DNA of 64,000 bases from Octopus sinensis (lineage: Eukaryota): positions 148,428,001-148,492,000 of the forward strand of contig NC_042997.1 of NCBI RefSeq assembly GCF_006345805.1, read 5' to 3'. Both the position numbers and the translations under genes were made by a program. The notes under the pieces are model-generated. The model made no database searches. It was not told where the DNA came from and saw only the letters and a program-made list of their open reading frames with translations. Shown here piece after piece: positions 41,796 through 56,579 of this stretch. Within the stretch, counting starts at the first letter, position 1, and each line of letters begins with the position of its first letter.

Positions 41796-41800
<5 letters not shown>
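41655..41800 (+). mobile_element. SINE family B (5' half)
   Basis: ccttgggcaagggtcttttactatagcctcgggcc..gatttggtagacggaaactgaaagaag, ending in (TA)n(TG)n. Confidence 0.8.
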
Positions 41801-41862
<62 letters not shown>

Positions 41863-44800
41863 TGTGTGCGCGTGTGTACATATTCACGCATGTGTGCGCT
41901 AGATTATATCTTCATATGTCTCTGTATTTGTATGTGTGAGTGTTTCGTTTTGTGTGTATATATGTGTATGTGTACGTGCGTAAGTTTGTGTGAAATGCGT
42001 CTTTTGGTATCACAGAGAATCGGCTATTCATTTAATAATAAAACAATTATGTCTCGACTGCAGAAGATGTCATGAGATAGACTATATATTGAATATTTAA
42101 GTCGTATACATCCATTCTAACTAAATCCTACACATTGTTGTCGTTAGATATTTCTCATGTGTAGCAACGTTTGCAACACATACATGAACCATTATTTACA
42201 TGTAGTAAACAAAATGTGTGTTTTGATGTTTGTATCTCCATAGGAAATGCTTCCGTTTGTGGTTACCAGAAAAGTCAATAGGCACATAATGAACGTCCCG
42301 ACATCATATGTGTGCCATGGTTGAAATTTAAATATTCGTTACTGCATAAGAAACATTATATGATTGCCTTCACCCAGGAAGTCTGTTGGTAGGTATTCCC
42401 ATGAACCTAAGAATAAATTTATATCGTCTAGCAGAATTACGTCAAAATATGATAGAATGCCATCTGAAAGCTGAAGCCAACCATACAAATGGAATAATTC
42501 AAATAATACATTTATAACCTTAGGCGTATTTCTGATATTCAAATATTTAGAAATAATTTCACGAGGAAGTTTTGAAGTTTTCTTAACGTATGCAGAGTAT
42601 GTGATGAAAAAGCAATTTACAAATTAATAAGTGAACAGCAGACTCAGATTTGGATGTTTAAGAGCTATACAAAAGATCGGAAATCACATCAGAACAGGAA
42701 ATTAAATGTCCGTTGAATGAAATAAAATATCTTACTGAACGAAGTAGTGTTAGTATTTTACTAACAGTGCAGAACAACAGTAAGATCGAATAGTGAACAA
42801 TGGAAGCATTCAAATATGTCAGACACGAATTTCAAGATAATTAATTCAGAAGCAAATTGCAGTGAGAGAAACGTGCATGTGATGGCTAAATAAAATTACT
42901 GAAACAAAATGTACAATACATTATTTCTGATTTCAACTGTCTTCTATGGTATTTGTTTTAGCGTAAGTAAAGTATACGGCATAATTGATTTCAATATTTA
43001 ACAGAACGCAATAACCATTACAGATGAATATTGCATGAATCGAAATAGTATCGAAATTCAAAATCATTACTACATATGTACTTTTAGTTCATATCTTCGT
43101 GAAATCCGTAAAGATATTTGGGAACTGTGATGACGTTTCAATCTGAAAATATTGTCCATACTAAATGTATACGTTCAAAAGTTTTGAAAACGAAAGTCTT
43201 CTAATATAAAGATATTTTGTAACTGACTACTTCCCTTTAGAGGTTTAAAATTAATGTTAGAAAATACTGTATGATATGCAAGAAACCGATAAAGGCCTAT
43301 ACATGGAAACTGATGCAATCGATATCCAATCTAAATTTTCTTCCTGTTTCTCTCTCGCTTCAATCTCTCTCATATACGCGCGCGTACTGTACTTATTTAA
43401 ATGTTTCTGTATGTGTGTATACTTATATATTTAGTGAGTGTGAAAGAAAGAGATAGAGGGGAACGGAGAAAGAGATTATTAAAGATTTAGTGTAGCAATT
43501 ACATCATCACTGTCCTGATGCGTTGCCATAGTTGCCTAACCTACAGTACCAAACAGAATACAAAATACATGTTGCTCTTGTGTTTAATGTCATTTTTAGA
43601 GTGTAATTTATGAGTAAAGGAATATGCATCTTTCTATTATTTCTATGGAATTTACATCTAAATCTAGGAATCATGCGGAGCTACTCATTGTAACATCTAA
43701 AAACACTTGTGTGAGCTTTTCAAATTACTGCTCCCATCGCTATCGTTTAATAGCAAAATAGAAACAACTTTTAGAACACTCAATCAAGGCCAAATATTTT
43801 CTGCAAAAATTTCCACCAAGGAATAAATGCATTTTGTTGACCATTCTATAGGATCTAGAGAAACGTACGAAGTATAACCTAATATTTTTCATCTGACTAT
43901 TCACATTATCTGCTTATTGAAAATCGGTGTTCGTAAGAGATTCAATGAAAAGGAATCACATTAAAAACACTTTCAAACTAATGTAAACGATTTCTTTAAA
44001 ATGCAGTCATACAAACTAATTTCATTATAAACCAGATATTCAGATTATTTGGTGGATATGTCGACATGAAATAGCTTGAGTATCGATACCTATTATATGA
44101 TTCTTTGTAATTATTTTGTTTTAAGTATAATACTGAAAATAATATCATGTTTCTTTCTAAAGAGAGACAAGAAAATAACAAATGAGAATTTCGTACTATC
44201 TCTGGAACGACTAATAAATATATGCAGCAAAGTATGTGTAATATTGCAAGAATTACATCTTCCGATGCGCTTTCAAGCTTATACTTTGTTAATGATATAT
44301 TTTTAATGAAGACATCGAAATTTGAAATATTTGAAAATAAATATTTAATGCATTAACCATTCTTTATAGGTAACATTAATTTTAAGTGTTATATGTAAAC
44401 ATGTAAGAATCAGCAGTCTTTTATATTGGCATGTTGTGCCTGTGGTATACTACGATTCTTAATAGTAATCTTTCTTTCATCTCTACTAGTTTTCTAAAAG
44501 TATTACATACAAAGAAATATACGAGCTCAAATATTTATTTAATGTATCATTTTATCATAAAATCCGCCATATTTTAAGTCAAGATAACTGTAAATGTTTA
44601 TCTGATTGAAAATGTGATGACGTAAATACTTGAATTTCTTGCAAAATAAATGGAATAAAAGATAAATATAAAGAGAAGACATCATTTCACTAGTCTCTGA
44701 ATGATACTAACTTTGGATTCTGCTTTTGATACGATAATACTAATCTGTGCCTGAATTTTACTCAAACGCCCAGAGTTAATGTTTGTGAGACAAGTGCATT

Positions 44801-47718
44801 TTGGATAGTCCAAATCAATCGAAGCAAGTGTATATCGTAGTTAGATTTCCATATATCGCGGTAGACTTGTTAAAAGAGTGAGCGAATTTTCTTTTTAGAA
44901 ACAGAACAGTATTTCGATCCTTGAATTTTCTCAAGCTCTCTCTCTCCTTCTTCCTTGTGTTACATTAAATAAACACAGAGGCTGAATCTGTTTTGACTGC
45001 TACCTTTTAAATAAAGCAATGCCACTATCATATTAAGTTCGAGACTATGTCATGTTCATTATCTCGTTGCCATTGTTATCAAGTAGCAAATATTCATAAA
45101 TTTGATAGAAAATTTCATTCGAGTATATTAACGTAGAAATATGAATTTACCGTCAGATATATTAATGAAAAGGAACATCTTTGAGCCGATATTTATAACC
45201 TAAATTTCCCTGACATGAGGTGAATACCACATCTGGGGTTTAAGATATACTCATTGACGGAAACAGGTTTATTCTGTTTTCTGATGCATTACTACATTGT
45301 ACTTATAAATAATTGAACTTGTTCTACGTATATATAATTGAGAAATTACTATTCCTTAATTAAAGAATTGCTACAATTTAGACATTCCCTGTAGATTCTT
45401 ATACAGAAAACATTTTTGGTGAGGATATTTTAAAAATATAGCCTGCAGTCTAAAGCGATGTGAGCCTTAACAAATTTAGATCGGTGCGTTGAATGTTATT
45501 AATGTTCCACCAATGCTATGATACAAATTCTATGCTATTTCATTAAAGTTCATTGTTTAAATTAATTCCCAATGTGAATATATATTAGCCTATTCTCTAC
45601 TAAGTGAGGGAGTAAGATAAATATTATCCTGCTTTCCACATTAGTATTTATGACTAGAAAATACATAAATCTGACGAGGAGACTACCTAACTTTGTTTCT
45701 GACTATCATCTCTATTGTGTTATTAGATTTAATAATATATTGAATATTAATGGACTTTAGAATATTATTTCTATGGCTTGTCAAGGAGGACTAGTGGCCT
45801 CCCTAGCATTCAAGTCATCTCTCTATACTAATGACGTTAATCAAGGTAAAAGGTGTTGAATTAGGACCGGTATAAATGGGGATTAGCATCATTGCTGACG
45901 TTGTTTTGGTGTATGTCAGATCTGGAAACGTTAATGCAAAGACGGACACTAACAGCTCCGTGGATTCACCGATTTCAATCGTAATTTTTTTTATTAATCC
46001 GGAGGTAAAAATGAGACGTGAGTTAACCAAAATAGGACTTGAATTTATTGTCCAGAGAGTTGAAACATGTAACTGGAGGCGCTCTAACAAATTCTCTCAC
46101 GTATTTCCTAAATGGCTGTCGTAGCATCTATGTAACGATCACGAATAAATGGGCCCTCTCTTTACAAGTAATACATCTTTTACTGTGGGGAAATTTGAAC
46201 TTAGGAAAATATACAATAAGGCACTAGTGTAATACAGCAAATTCTGTGTTGCGTAAACTCTGCCAAGTCATTATGTTCCTTATATTTATACCACCATCAC
46301 TTTCGTCAGTATGTATTATTAAATCAAGGGATTAGTTTTGGAGAATTGTAGTGCTCAGAAGGGTTTAGTTATACGTGTTTATGTATGTAAGTTGCCAAGA
46401 GGATGAGCCTCCACTTGTACTAAAAGAGAAGTCAAGATAGGAAAAAAAAAAAACCTAAAATTTGATAAATTATGCTTTCGAAGCTGCCACATTTTTTAAC
46501 AGAATATAAATTTAATTTTCATACTGCCGAAAACATAATGATATTCCTGACGGGTAATATAAACACTCGTTAATTGGACTTTCTCATTACCTAATTTACA
46601 GATAATTGCAAAGTAACTTTCTCTGAATGCAGACAGCTTTGGATATAGGAACCGTACGTATACAGGCTATACGCACATCACTAACACATTATTTCATTGT
46701 CAGAGAATTTACTTATACTTACTGAAAAATGATTGACCATCAGCCTTGTAGTGCATTAGAACATAATTACTTAGATATCCACATTTCTCCATGAAATTTT
46801 ATTCTTCTGGTGATTGTTATTCATTCAGCAAAAGTGATAAGAATCATAAATATCTTCTGCACAAACACACACATACACATACATAAAGGCACATACACAC
46901 AAAAACACTCACACACATAGACACACATACATGTAAACACACACAGAAATACATACACATACATACACATTGATGTTTGCTTTTATGTTCAGTTATAATA
47001 AGAGCTATTTCACATCAGTTTCGTCGGTTACTTTATAAATTTGTAAAGTACAAGTTCATTACTCTAAAAGAAGAATGTTATTGGCTGTGACTTGAAGTAT
47101 TGGAGAGCTAAGCCATTTTTGGACTGATACATATATACAACTGAATAGCACCAGAATCAATGTAACTATTTTGGCTCTTTGGAGTTGTGACTATGTTAGA
47201 TCAGTGTAATTATCCTTCGTGTCTGATGTTATTGCAGTCATCTGAGAAAACGGTTTTTTTTGCAATGATATAATGCTTTTATTAATCAATTAAATAAGTC
47301 GCTTGAAACGGCCGTAATGAATTGACACCTGTACCTCTTTGTTATTCTTCTATATGTATATATATACGTGTGTGCGTGTGTGTATGCGTGTGTATCATAT
47401 TTTATATAAAAATATCCATATACATCTGTATGTAGTAGGTACGTGTATGTATGCGTATATATATGTATGTGTGTGTGCCCGCGCGTATTATTTTTATAGC
47501 GCAAAATTTAATTAGGAATAAGAGCACAAACACTATGCCGCATATAGAAAACAATTTCCAAACATTAGTTTTTTTCTCTAATGTTTTATCTTCTGTTGTC
47601 AACTGGAAATATAACTGACGTTTATGTCGATGTAAATTAAAAACAAGCAAAAACATTTGCAAATTGTGTAACGGAGGAAAATAATTCTTCGACTAACATA
47701 GAAAAACTCGTATTGTTG

Positions 47719-47834
<116 letters not shown>

Positions 47835-48754
47835 GTAACAGATGTATGAAATGTAATCATGTAAAATATAAAAAATGACAAACATAACAGACCAAAGAAA
47901 AGCGCAAGAAGTTGATAATATTGTAAATGGTAATACCAACCACTTAGCAAATGAACACAACCTTTTAAGCAACAACTTAACTTCAGTTATCTGCTAGATT
48001 GTCTTTTTTCCCACCTCAATTATTGAACATCAGGCCTATAAAAGAAAAATTAGTACGCATTCCGATCGGTTAAATATAATACACTTGCACGATAATTTGG
48101 CATTAAAAGTAAAAGAAATAGAATATTCAAAATAGAAACGTGGAGATATTACTAATCAAAAGTAACGCTAATTTAATAATATCGATCGAAAAAGTATTAT
48201 CAGTATTTTCTACAGTCTTAGAATATGAAAAGATCCGAGAGATGTGTTAGGATTTTTTTTTTTTAGTTTACATTTGTTTTCTTTTTTTCCACTTTTACAG
48301 TATAGTACCCTTGCCTATTTATGATTTACGCGTTTTGGATAAAAACAAAACAAAAAGAACAAAAAAAACAAATACAGTACAAAATGTCACTAAATCAAAC
48401 AATATAGCATTCATCTATTTGGTGCAAAATATATTTCAGATAAATAATAATATAATGCCGTTAGAAGAATCTATTCTTCCGAAAATAATGATATATTTCG
48501 AGAAGTTTTCAATTATACGCTTCAAAAACAAAACTAAAACAAAAACACAGTCATAAACATTCACAACTTTAAGAATCACTACATATATTATTCTCGCATT
48601 TCCTCACGCGCTGATATGATCAATTGATATTGAATCTGGAAGCCTCCGGTACAGAAAAGTAGTTCAATCCTGATCCGTGTTATATTCACTAAGACACTGA
48701 TTCCATATAGACATAGTCGCAATGTTCATATATTCATAATATTTGAATACATCT

Positions 48755-49245
48755 AAGGTGGTGATCTGGCAGAATCGACAGCTCGTAGGGGAAAATACTT
48801 AGCGGCATTTAGTCCGTCTTTACATTCTGAGTTCAGATTCCACTGAGGTCGATCTTGCAATTCATCCTTTCAAGGTCGATAAAATAAGTGCCAGTTAAGC
48901 CCTGAAGTCCATGTAATCGATTTAACGCCGTTATCCGCCTAATGTAATGGCCTTGTATCAAAATTTTAGATCAATATTTCGGTATAGCAGGGCGGCAAGC
49001 TGGCGGAATCATGATCACGCGTTGGAAAATTCCTGGAGATATTTCGTCCGTCTTTATACATCGAATTAAACTCGGTGTATAAAGATTCCGCCGACTTGGT
49101 GTATAAATTCCGCCGACCTCAACTTTGCCTTTCATTCTTTCAGGGTCAACAAAATAATTATCAGTTGAGCGCCGGGCTCGTTGTAATGGACTTACTCCCT
49201 CCCTCGAAATTGCTGGCACTCTGTCAAAATGTGACACCGATATTT
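48755..49245 (+). mobile_element. two tandem SINE family A copies
   Basis: Heads at ~48755 and ~48988, each followed by the ttcatcctttc-type core; the second has an internal duplication tgtataaa..ttccgccgac. Confidence 0.8.
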
Positions 49246-50469
49246 CGGTACACCTGAGTACGGGTGATAAAATATGTACTATATGTTGATATATAGCAGA
49301 TATGCTTCGCATTTACTGTGATTAATCAGTTAGTTAATTTATTCCCCGCTTTCCGGTACTGCGCCAGATAATGCAGAAATTAATGCTTTCAGAGGTCTGC
49401 TTAAATTGAAGTTTCAACTAGGCCCTTCAAAAATGAGAACTCAAAAAAGAATGAATGTATGTATTTATGATTGTATGCATGCTTGCATGCATGCACGTGC
49501 ATATGTATGAAACAAAATATTCATACAACGTCAGCGGTTCATGTGAGAGTGAACGTAGAAAACGATCACGTGGCTAATCATATTGCTCCTCTAAAAAAAG
49601 TCCAAAATGGAAAAGAAGCGGAAATACATATGTCTATAAGAAGATAATTTCCTTATCTGTATAAATGGAATTTAGGAGGTGGTTTTGGAAAATTCGTAGG
49701 AGACGAATATATTATCACAGAATGGTAATGAAGTTGCTGATTGTTGTTGTTGCTGTTAAGCAACAAGACGGGTAAGGATGATTAGGTGATGGTCTAGGGC
49801 TTAGGGGCGGGAGACCCCCAGACCTTGGAAAAAGAAAAACAAAAATAAACTTTAGTCGTCTTGTTGTAGTCTAGGGCTCTTCCTTGACGCCCGACACCAC
49901 TGGAAGGTGGCCCTCGAAGTCGCTGGAAATGGAGATCTCCAGGTCCAAATTCTTGAACGGCAGAAGGCTCTGAAGCGATAAGAGTTTAAAATTTAGAATA
50001 AAAGATCAGATATAGTACCTTCTGCATGATCCTTATACAATCCTACATATATGCAACAGTACAATAAAGTTAGAAAAACACAATATTAATACACATGCTA
50101 ATACAGGTATGTTTAACACTTCTGTTTCCACTCTTGGAATTGTCTGAATTATTGGTGACATAAAGAAAAAAATAACCGACATTGAACATCTACTAAGCCC
50201 ATTAAATAACATAATATTCGTTCAGAGTGTGTTTTGAAACATGTACTAGTTAATGATGTCTTCCATTCCCTTCACCCACAGACTTATTATATCCTCATAT
50301 TTGCAACTTTCTTTGCGGTTGTATACTGGCGGTCAGCTTATCTAAATTGTTATCTAATTCAACATAGAACGAAGCTATTGCACACTAGGATCCTGTTGCA
50401 CTATAGAAATTGGAAGTCTTTCTGAATCACGTGCTGCGACTTAACACTAACACCAAACGCTCAGACCAC

Positions 50470-50885
50470 AGCCGCCAGTGTGGCTGTGTGGTAAATAGTT
50501 TGCTCCCCAATCACATGGCTCCGGGTTCAGTCCCATTGTGTGACACTTTGAGCAAGTGTTATCTACTGTAGCCTCGGGTCGACAAAAGCCTGTGAGTGAA
50601 TTTGGTGGACGGAAACTGAAAGAAGCCCACCACATATATATATGTCTGTGTGTCTGTGTGTGCGTGTGTGTGCATGCGTGTGTGTGTTTTTGTGTGATTG
50701 TGTTTTGTGTGTGTGTGTAGTGTTGGTATTCGTTCCCCCACCACAGCTTGACAGCTGAAGGTGCTGTGTAGATGTCCTCGTAACCTAGACGTTCAGCAAA
50801 ATATATCAATACAATAAGGAACAGATATTTAAAAAAGTTCTGAGGCCGTCCCATTCGACTAAAATTTCTTCAATGTCACGCCGCG
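50470..50885 (+). mobile_element. SINE family B with internal (TG)n
   Basis: gtggctgtgtggtaa head, ccgggttcagtccca B-box, gaatttggtggacggaaactgaaagaagccc core. Confidence 0.85.
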
Positions 50886-50894
50886 AAACAAGTA

Positions 50895-50932
<38 letters not shown>

Positions 50933-50994
50933 GTAGTATATATATATATAGAGAGAGAGATAGAGAGATAGATAGAGAGAGAAAGAGAGAGAGT

Positions 50995-51330
50995 AAATAC
51001 TTCCGTCGGTCATGAAGGATCATGGAACTGCACCTAGAAAGTTACCCTCCAAGGCACAAATCTGGGCAAGTGTGTTTATGGAAGACCACCAGTCCACAAT
51101 GAATGCCAGGCTGCCGTCTCCATGTCATTGATGTTATTCAAGGGAAAGGCAAAGGCTGACACAGCTTGGCACCAGTGACGTCAGAACTCAATTCTACACC
51201 TAAGTGAATTGGAGCAACGTGAAATAAAGTATATTGCTTAACAACAACACACACAGCCCGGTCTAGGAAATCGAAATCACTGCGTCATGATTGTGAGCCC
51301 GACGCTCTAACCACTTAGCCGTGCGCCTAC
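50995..51330 (-). mobile_element. tRNA-derived SINE, family C
   Basis: Minus strand: aggcgcacggctaagtggttagagcgtcgggctcacaatcatga (tRNA-like), ttcgatttcc B-box-like, central ttcacgttgctccaattcac, tail ggtgcagttccatgatccttcatgaccga. Confidence 0.75.
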
Positions 51331-54020
51331 AAACACAAACGCACGCGCACGCGCACACACACAAACACACACACACACATTCACACACCTATACGCGTGC
51401 ATGCGTATGTGGGTGTGAGTTTGTGTGTATGTGTGTGCGCGCGCATCTGAAGAGATGTGTATGTATTATGAAGCCTTGTGCGTTTGATATCTACATAATC
51501 GCTTTAGTGTACGTCTACATCTCTCACCTAACACAAGTCTTTTGTGGTTTTTACCATTCAGAGAGAGAGAGAGAGAGAGAAAAAGAGAGAGAGATAGAGA
51601 TAGAGAGGAGAGAGAGAGAGAGGAGAGAGAGAGACAATTTATGTTCCTGTATATAATGTCTCAATTCTGTCTCGTAGATTCGGGAAGTTTGATTTATTTC
51701 AACAGGCAGTGGCCCGATTGTACAGTATTTATAAACATCTAAACACCGGCTTCTTTTACAGACTACGCTAATATATACATATCTACTTTGATATAAGAGA
51801 TTCTTATTGCTTCCTCTACATACACATCGTTCTCAGGTTTCTAATATATTTTCAATTAATTATTGCCAAACTTCAATGAAAATACTTTACCTTTTGAAGC
51901 TTTGACATGAGTACTGTGAAGCACGAATATATAAACACACTGTACCAAAGACTATACTGAGTATTCAGTCTATTACTAAATCATTTTAACTTGGTAATCT
52001 CGATGTTTGCATTCTGAAGTCAAATTCCGCCTTCTGTCGCCGTTAAGAATAACAGAACGTACAGGTCTTCCGGGAGAAGTAACGGGAAATGCTATCAGGC
52101 AAAGAATAACGAACGCAAATATACTTTCCTTGCTTCAATCAAAACGTTCAGGGTACCTCATTACCTTACATACATAAATATATACATATATACAAATATA
52201 CATAATGAAAGACTTACACACACACATACTTTCATTATCTGTTCACCTCCCATACACATACCTATTTCTTTATTACCCACAAGGGGCTGAAAACATACCA
52301 TACACATACCATACATACACACATACACAGGTATGTAACCATACACGTGCTGTTGGCGATGCCTGTTCGTTTGTTGGGCTTTTCCTTTTCCGACGAAGAG
52401 CTAGGCACGAAAATTCAAACTCCTACATCTCACCGAGCGTCAAGATAATACATTTCCCGCGTACATTCTCTTGTCCGTTAATTCAATTATTATGGGCAGA
52501 ATCGGCACAGCTGACATATAGTGAACGGGATTACTTGCGTAATGGAAGTTATTGTTTGTTTGAAAGTGAAGTCTGTATGAAAGTGCTTTCTGTTCTTAAG
52601 AAGGATCACTATATATATATATACAGATTATTACAACAAACCGTTGCCAATGGTGTAAAGGCATTCCTTTAAAATAACTAATTTATATAATCCACTATCA
52701 ATCTGCCGTGAGTTCAGTTTGTGTGAATACCTTTGCATCTATCTATAAAGAGAGATATGAAACTAAAAATCAAATCATATGATATAATGTTTATAAAAAT
52801 ACATTAACATATATTTCCTCTTAAACTTCAAATGTAAAATTTATATGGAGTTTAATGCTATTTTATAGATAGGAGTTAAACAAACAAATGAATACTAATT
52901 ACATTTGGACATTGACGGGTAATATTTCCATTTAAGATTCGATAGAATCTAACTTTAAAAATTTATACGAGATTTAACCCTATTTGTTATTGAGGTTAGA
53001 TAAATAAATATATACTAATATCTATATATCTTTGTATTCACCAATGAATCTCACATTTGAATCAGTGATTCAAATATCAGTGATTATTTAACTACAACCG
53101 TACACAGAGCAACAAAGTTTGATCGTACGCGGTAAACAAAGTGAGGTTTCTTAAAAGTGTCTGAACTATTTAATAAGTTCACTCGTTCACAATCTAGATT
53201 CATATCTGAACAGGGCTTTATTTACCAACCATTTAATTCTGAGTTTTGTTTTATCATGTTTCTGTAAGTCATTAGCTAAGGTATTTCTGCATACCTGTTT
53301 CTGGGGAATAATATTTCTCAACATCGATCCACTCTATGGTTTTGAAACGTCTCTTCGTAAAGTTATAGTCAAATATATGAAATGCTCTTGTAACACATAT
53401 ATGCAATTCAGAATTTACTGATACATTTACAAAAAAAAATAAGGAATAATCTATTCTAGATTATTGATATGGAGGTCTAGATTTCAAAGGAAGATCTATT
53501 CTACATCTTATTTCACTATCTTTCGCCTCATATTTCCCATTTGTTACATTATATTTGCTATACTGTACTACAGGTGATATATCTAGAGATTTTAGAGAGG
53601 CATCATATGTAATACATTTATGTAAACACCTTTGCTTTATGTACAGTATTTTCGTGTTGAAAAAGGTGGAAAACCTCAATCAGACATTTTAATAGTACTG
53701 CGCGACTTCATTAGCAAACGAATACTCACTGTTAATGTCGACATGGGTACTACTTACAAATATAATAATTATAACCGTTGAAAGAAAAGGATACGCAAAT
53801 TTCCACACGTAATGCTTGTTCCATTAATCACCGGACTAACAATGATTCGTTACAATGTTACACTGCGCTACGTTTATTTACAAAATTGTCAGTTACCTTC
53901 ACTTAATATCTTATTAATCATAAATCTATATGTATTACCTTTGTGACTAGTTCACAACGCTTACTAGTTGCTTACGAAACACAATCTCGGAATTCATACT
54001 AGACTGGTTGATACAGAATA

Positions 54021-54537
54021 CCGTAAATCTTCGAGTATAGTCCGCCCTTGAGTATAATAAGCAGAGGACTTTTAGGCGGCTGAAAAACCTAAACCTTGTG
54101 TATAATACGCATTCTTTCTCTATCTTCAGTCGTAGGTAATTAAGCCAGCAGCACCTAGTCGAACAAACACTTCTGTGCATGCGTAATACAATAATGGTGA
54201 TGTTCTTAACTGTTTTAATGTGGGAATATAAATATGATTGCAAATTGCTTTTGTTACATGTTATTCTGTGTTCTGAATACTTTTATTTTAATAAATGTTG
54301 CTTACTGCAAGTTATGGATGATTCTTTTATGACTTCATTGCTTTCAGGCTTAGCTTAAGGCATTTTCGCGCCCGACATCACAAAATGCGTCTGAATAAAC
54401 ATTGTCGAACAGCAAATAGAGACTCGGACATTGCTTAGAAAATATTTTTCATTTTTAACATCATATGTGTTACGCACTAGGTATTTTGGCTTTTAAATTT
54501 TGCGAAAAAAATGCAAATTATACTCGTGGATTTACGG
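54021..54537. mobile_element. 517-bp Tc2/pogo-like MITE
   Basis: 19-bp TIRs ccgtaaatcttcgagtata (54021-54039) and tatactcgtggatttacgg (54519-54537), 2 mismatches; TA at 54019-54020 and 54538-54539. Confidence 0.85.
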
Positions 54538-55074
54538 TACGTTTTTTTTTTGGTTTACGAATACATAATTCAATAATTTCTATAACAGCACAACATTCAG
54601 ACAATATTGTCAACGTACATTGATCAAAGGATTTACCAAGAATATGTTTATATTACGCCTTTACTTATATTGTAGCCATGAGCTGAATCTTTATGAAAAC
54701 AGAATATTTCAATCTGTTACTTGTAAAAACACAAATGACTCACATTAACTCGACAGCTATTTCAGTTTCTACCTACGGAGATATTCTATATGACAACATG
54801 TTACTTCCGTCTTTATGGAGTGTTGTCTAACAGACATACATATAATGTACACGACAGTGTATGGTTAAGTGAAATACAATTAACTCACCATTTGCTACAA
54901 ATAATGTGGCTCTAATACACTACGCTACATTTCATTGATACATGATACAGGATTTTGAACTTTTCCTGTTAAAATAAAAGAATTTTCAATAAAATGGTGT
55001 TTCGTATAAACTGCTTATATCTATTTCGTTTGTGGATTTGGTTTGCAAGATTCTTTATATGAGGTCGTGTGTTG

Positions 55075-55363
55075 AAGCATATTCTGTTGTGTCAGGGGAG
55101 AGTCATTCTCTTTTAGTACATTATTATTTAACACACTCACCGGTAAAATTTCCACTTCGTCTTTTTATTTTTCTAACATTTTCGTTGCGTCTTGCAACCT
55201 TTTCAATAGTCTTTACTCTCAAGACTATTGAAAAGGTTGCAAGACGCAACAAACATTTTAGGAAAATAAAAAGGCGAAATAAGTGGAACATTTACCGGTG
55301 AGTGTGTTAAATAATAAGGTACTAAAAGAGAATGACTCTCCCCAGACACAACAGAATATGCTT
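55075..55363. repeat. 289-bp foldback palindrome
   Basis: The inner 30-bp arms (55184-55213 / 55221-55250) are perfect around a 7-nt loop; the outer arms are near-perfect. Confidence 0.95.
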
Positions 55364-55477
55364 ATATCTAGTTTACTTGCAAACAAAAACAAAGCACTTT
55401 ACATAAATTCTAAAGGGAAACATAATCGCCTAATTTGCTACATGAAATCCATTGTTGAACAAAATGGACTCTTTTGC

Positions 55478-55560
55478 TGAACCGCTAGGTTACGGAGACG
55501 CATACACACCAACATTGGTTTTAAAGTAGTGATGGGGCCGGGGACAATCACTGACACAAG
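55478..55560 (-). mobile_element. SINE family B 3' fragment
   Basis: ctcttttgctgaaccgctaggttacggagacg matches the family-B 3' part. Confidence 0.6.
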
Positions 55561-56533
55561 TCTTTTGTTTAAAACAATTATTATTATTTAATAACATTTA
55601 GGTGACTGAGCGTAGCACAGCCAAATGTGCTCTTAGCATAACTCTCAGATAGATAAGCGTTTTACATGCTGAATTATAGGTACAGACCACTTGGCGGTCG
55701 ACTATATCGTTTCTGTCTATTCAGCTACATTCACAACTTATGGCTTGAACCGAGCCTGTGGAAGATGATATGGAATTACATATGCGAGGGGCGTTATATT
55801 TGTAAGACACTTAACTAAAATATATTGATGGTTCATTATACGTTAAATATACAAAAAGATCAAAATGAATCCGGAAACAAATTGACGTACCGCATTTTAT
55901 CTTGAGTAGTAATGAGAAACTGCTGCCTTATTAACAAAATCTATAACCCAGTAATGCCAACTAATGAGAAATTATAATCAATAGTTGCATATATATGTTT
56001 GACTGTAAAAATGTTCGCCATAATCTAGTATCAAAGCAAAGACACTATTTTTCTCAAACCATAAAAACACATTTTCTTCCTTTCATCCGTTAAGCAAACA
56101 CCTTTTAAGCAGATTGACACAGTAGCCACAGTTCATATATGGAGCTCCACTCACCAACCAAACTTGAGGTGAAAAGTGAATCAAGCAAACCTATGTAAAT
56201 AACAAAGATTTTCAAGCCAGTCTCAAAATTTTCTTTGAAAGAAAATAAAATAAAAAATGTTAATCCACTGCGATGTATCGAGTGAAATTCCAATCTATTG
56301 TTTCACTGTTTTTATATAAAGCTACACAAAACAACATACATTAATATACATAAGTACATGCATGTAGACATATATCTGTCTGTTTGTTGACCTCACTAAC
56401 AACTATATATCCGCTATATAGGAAATCTGCAATGGCTCCATAACTACCGTCTCGGCTATAACATTTGTTCCCGAGCAATCCGTTACAGCACTTACGCAGC
56501 GTACGTAATCGTTTAGATCACCTGTTAACTAAA

Positions 56534-56578
<45 letters not shown>

Positions 56579-56579
56579 C

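Noticed and set aside
45815-46124. Overlapping ORFs on both strands; the minus frame is faintly Ig-like (ITIEIGESTELLVSVFA)
   Set aside because: Lacks the conserved Trp/Cys positions and convincing splice sites; not supportable without a search.
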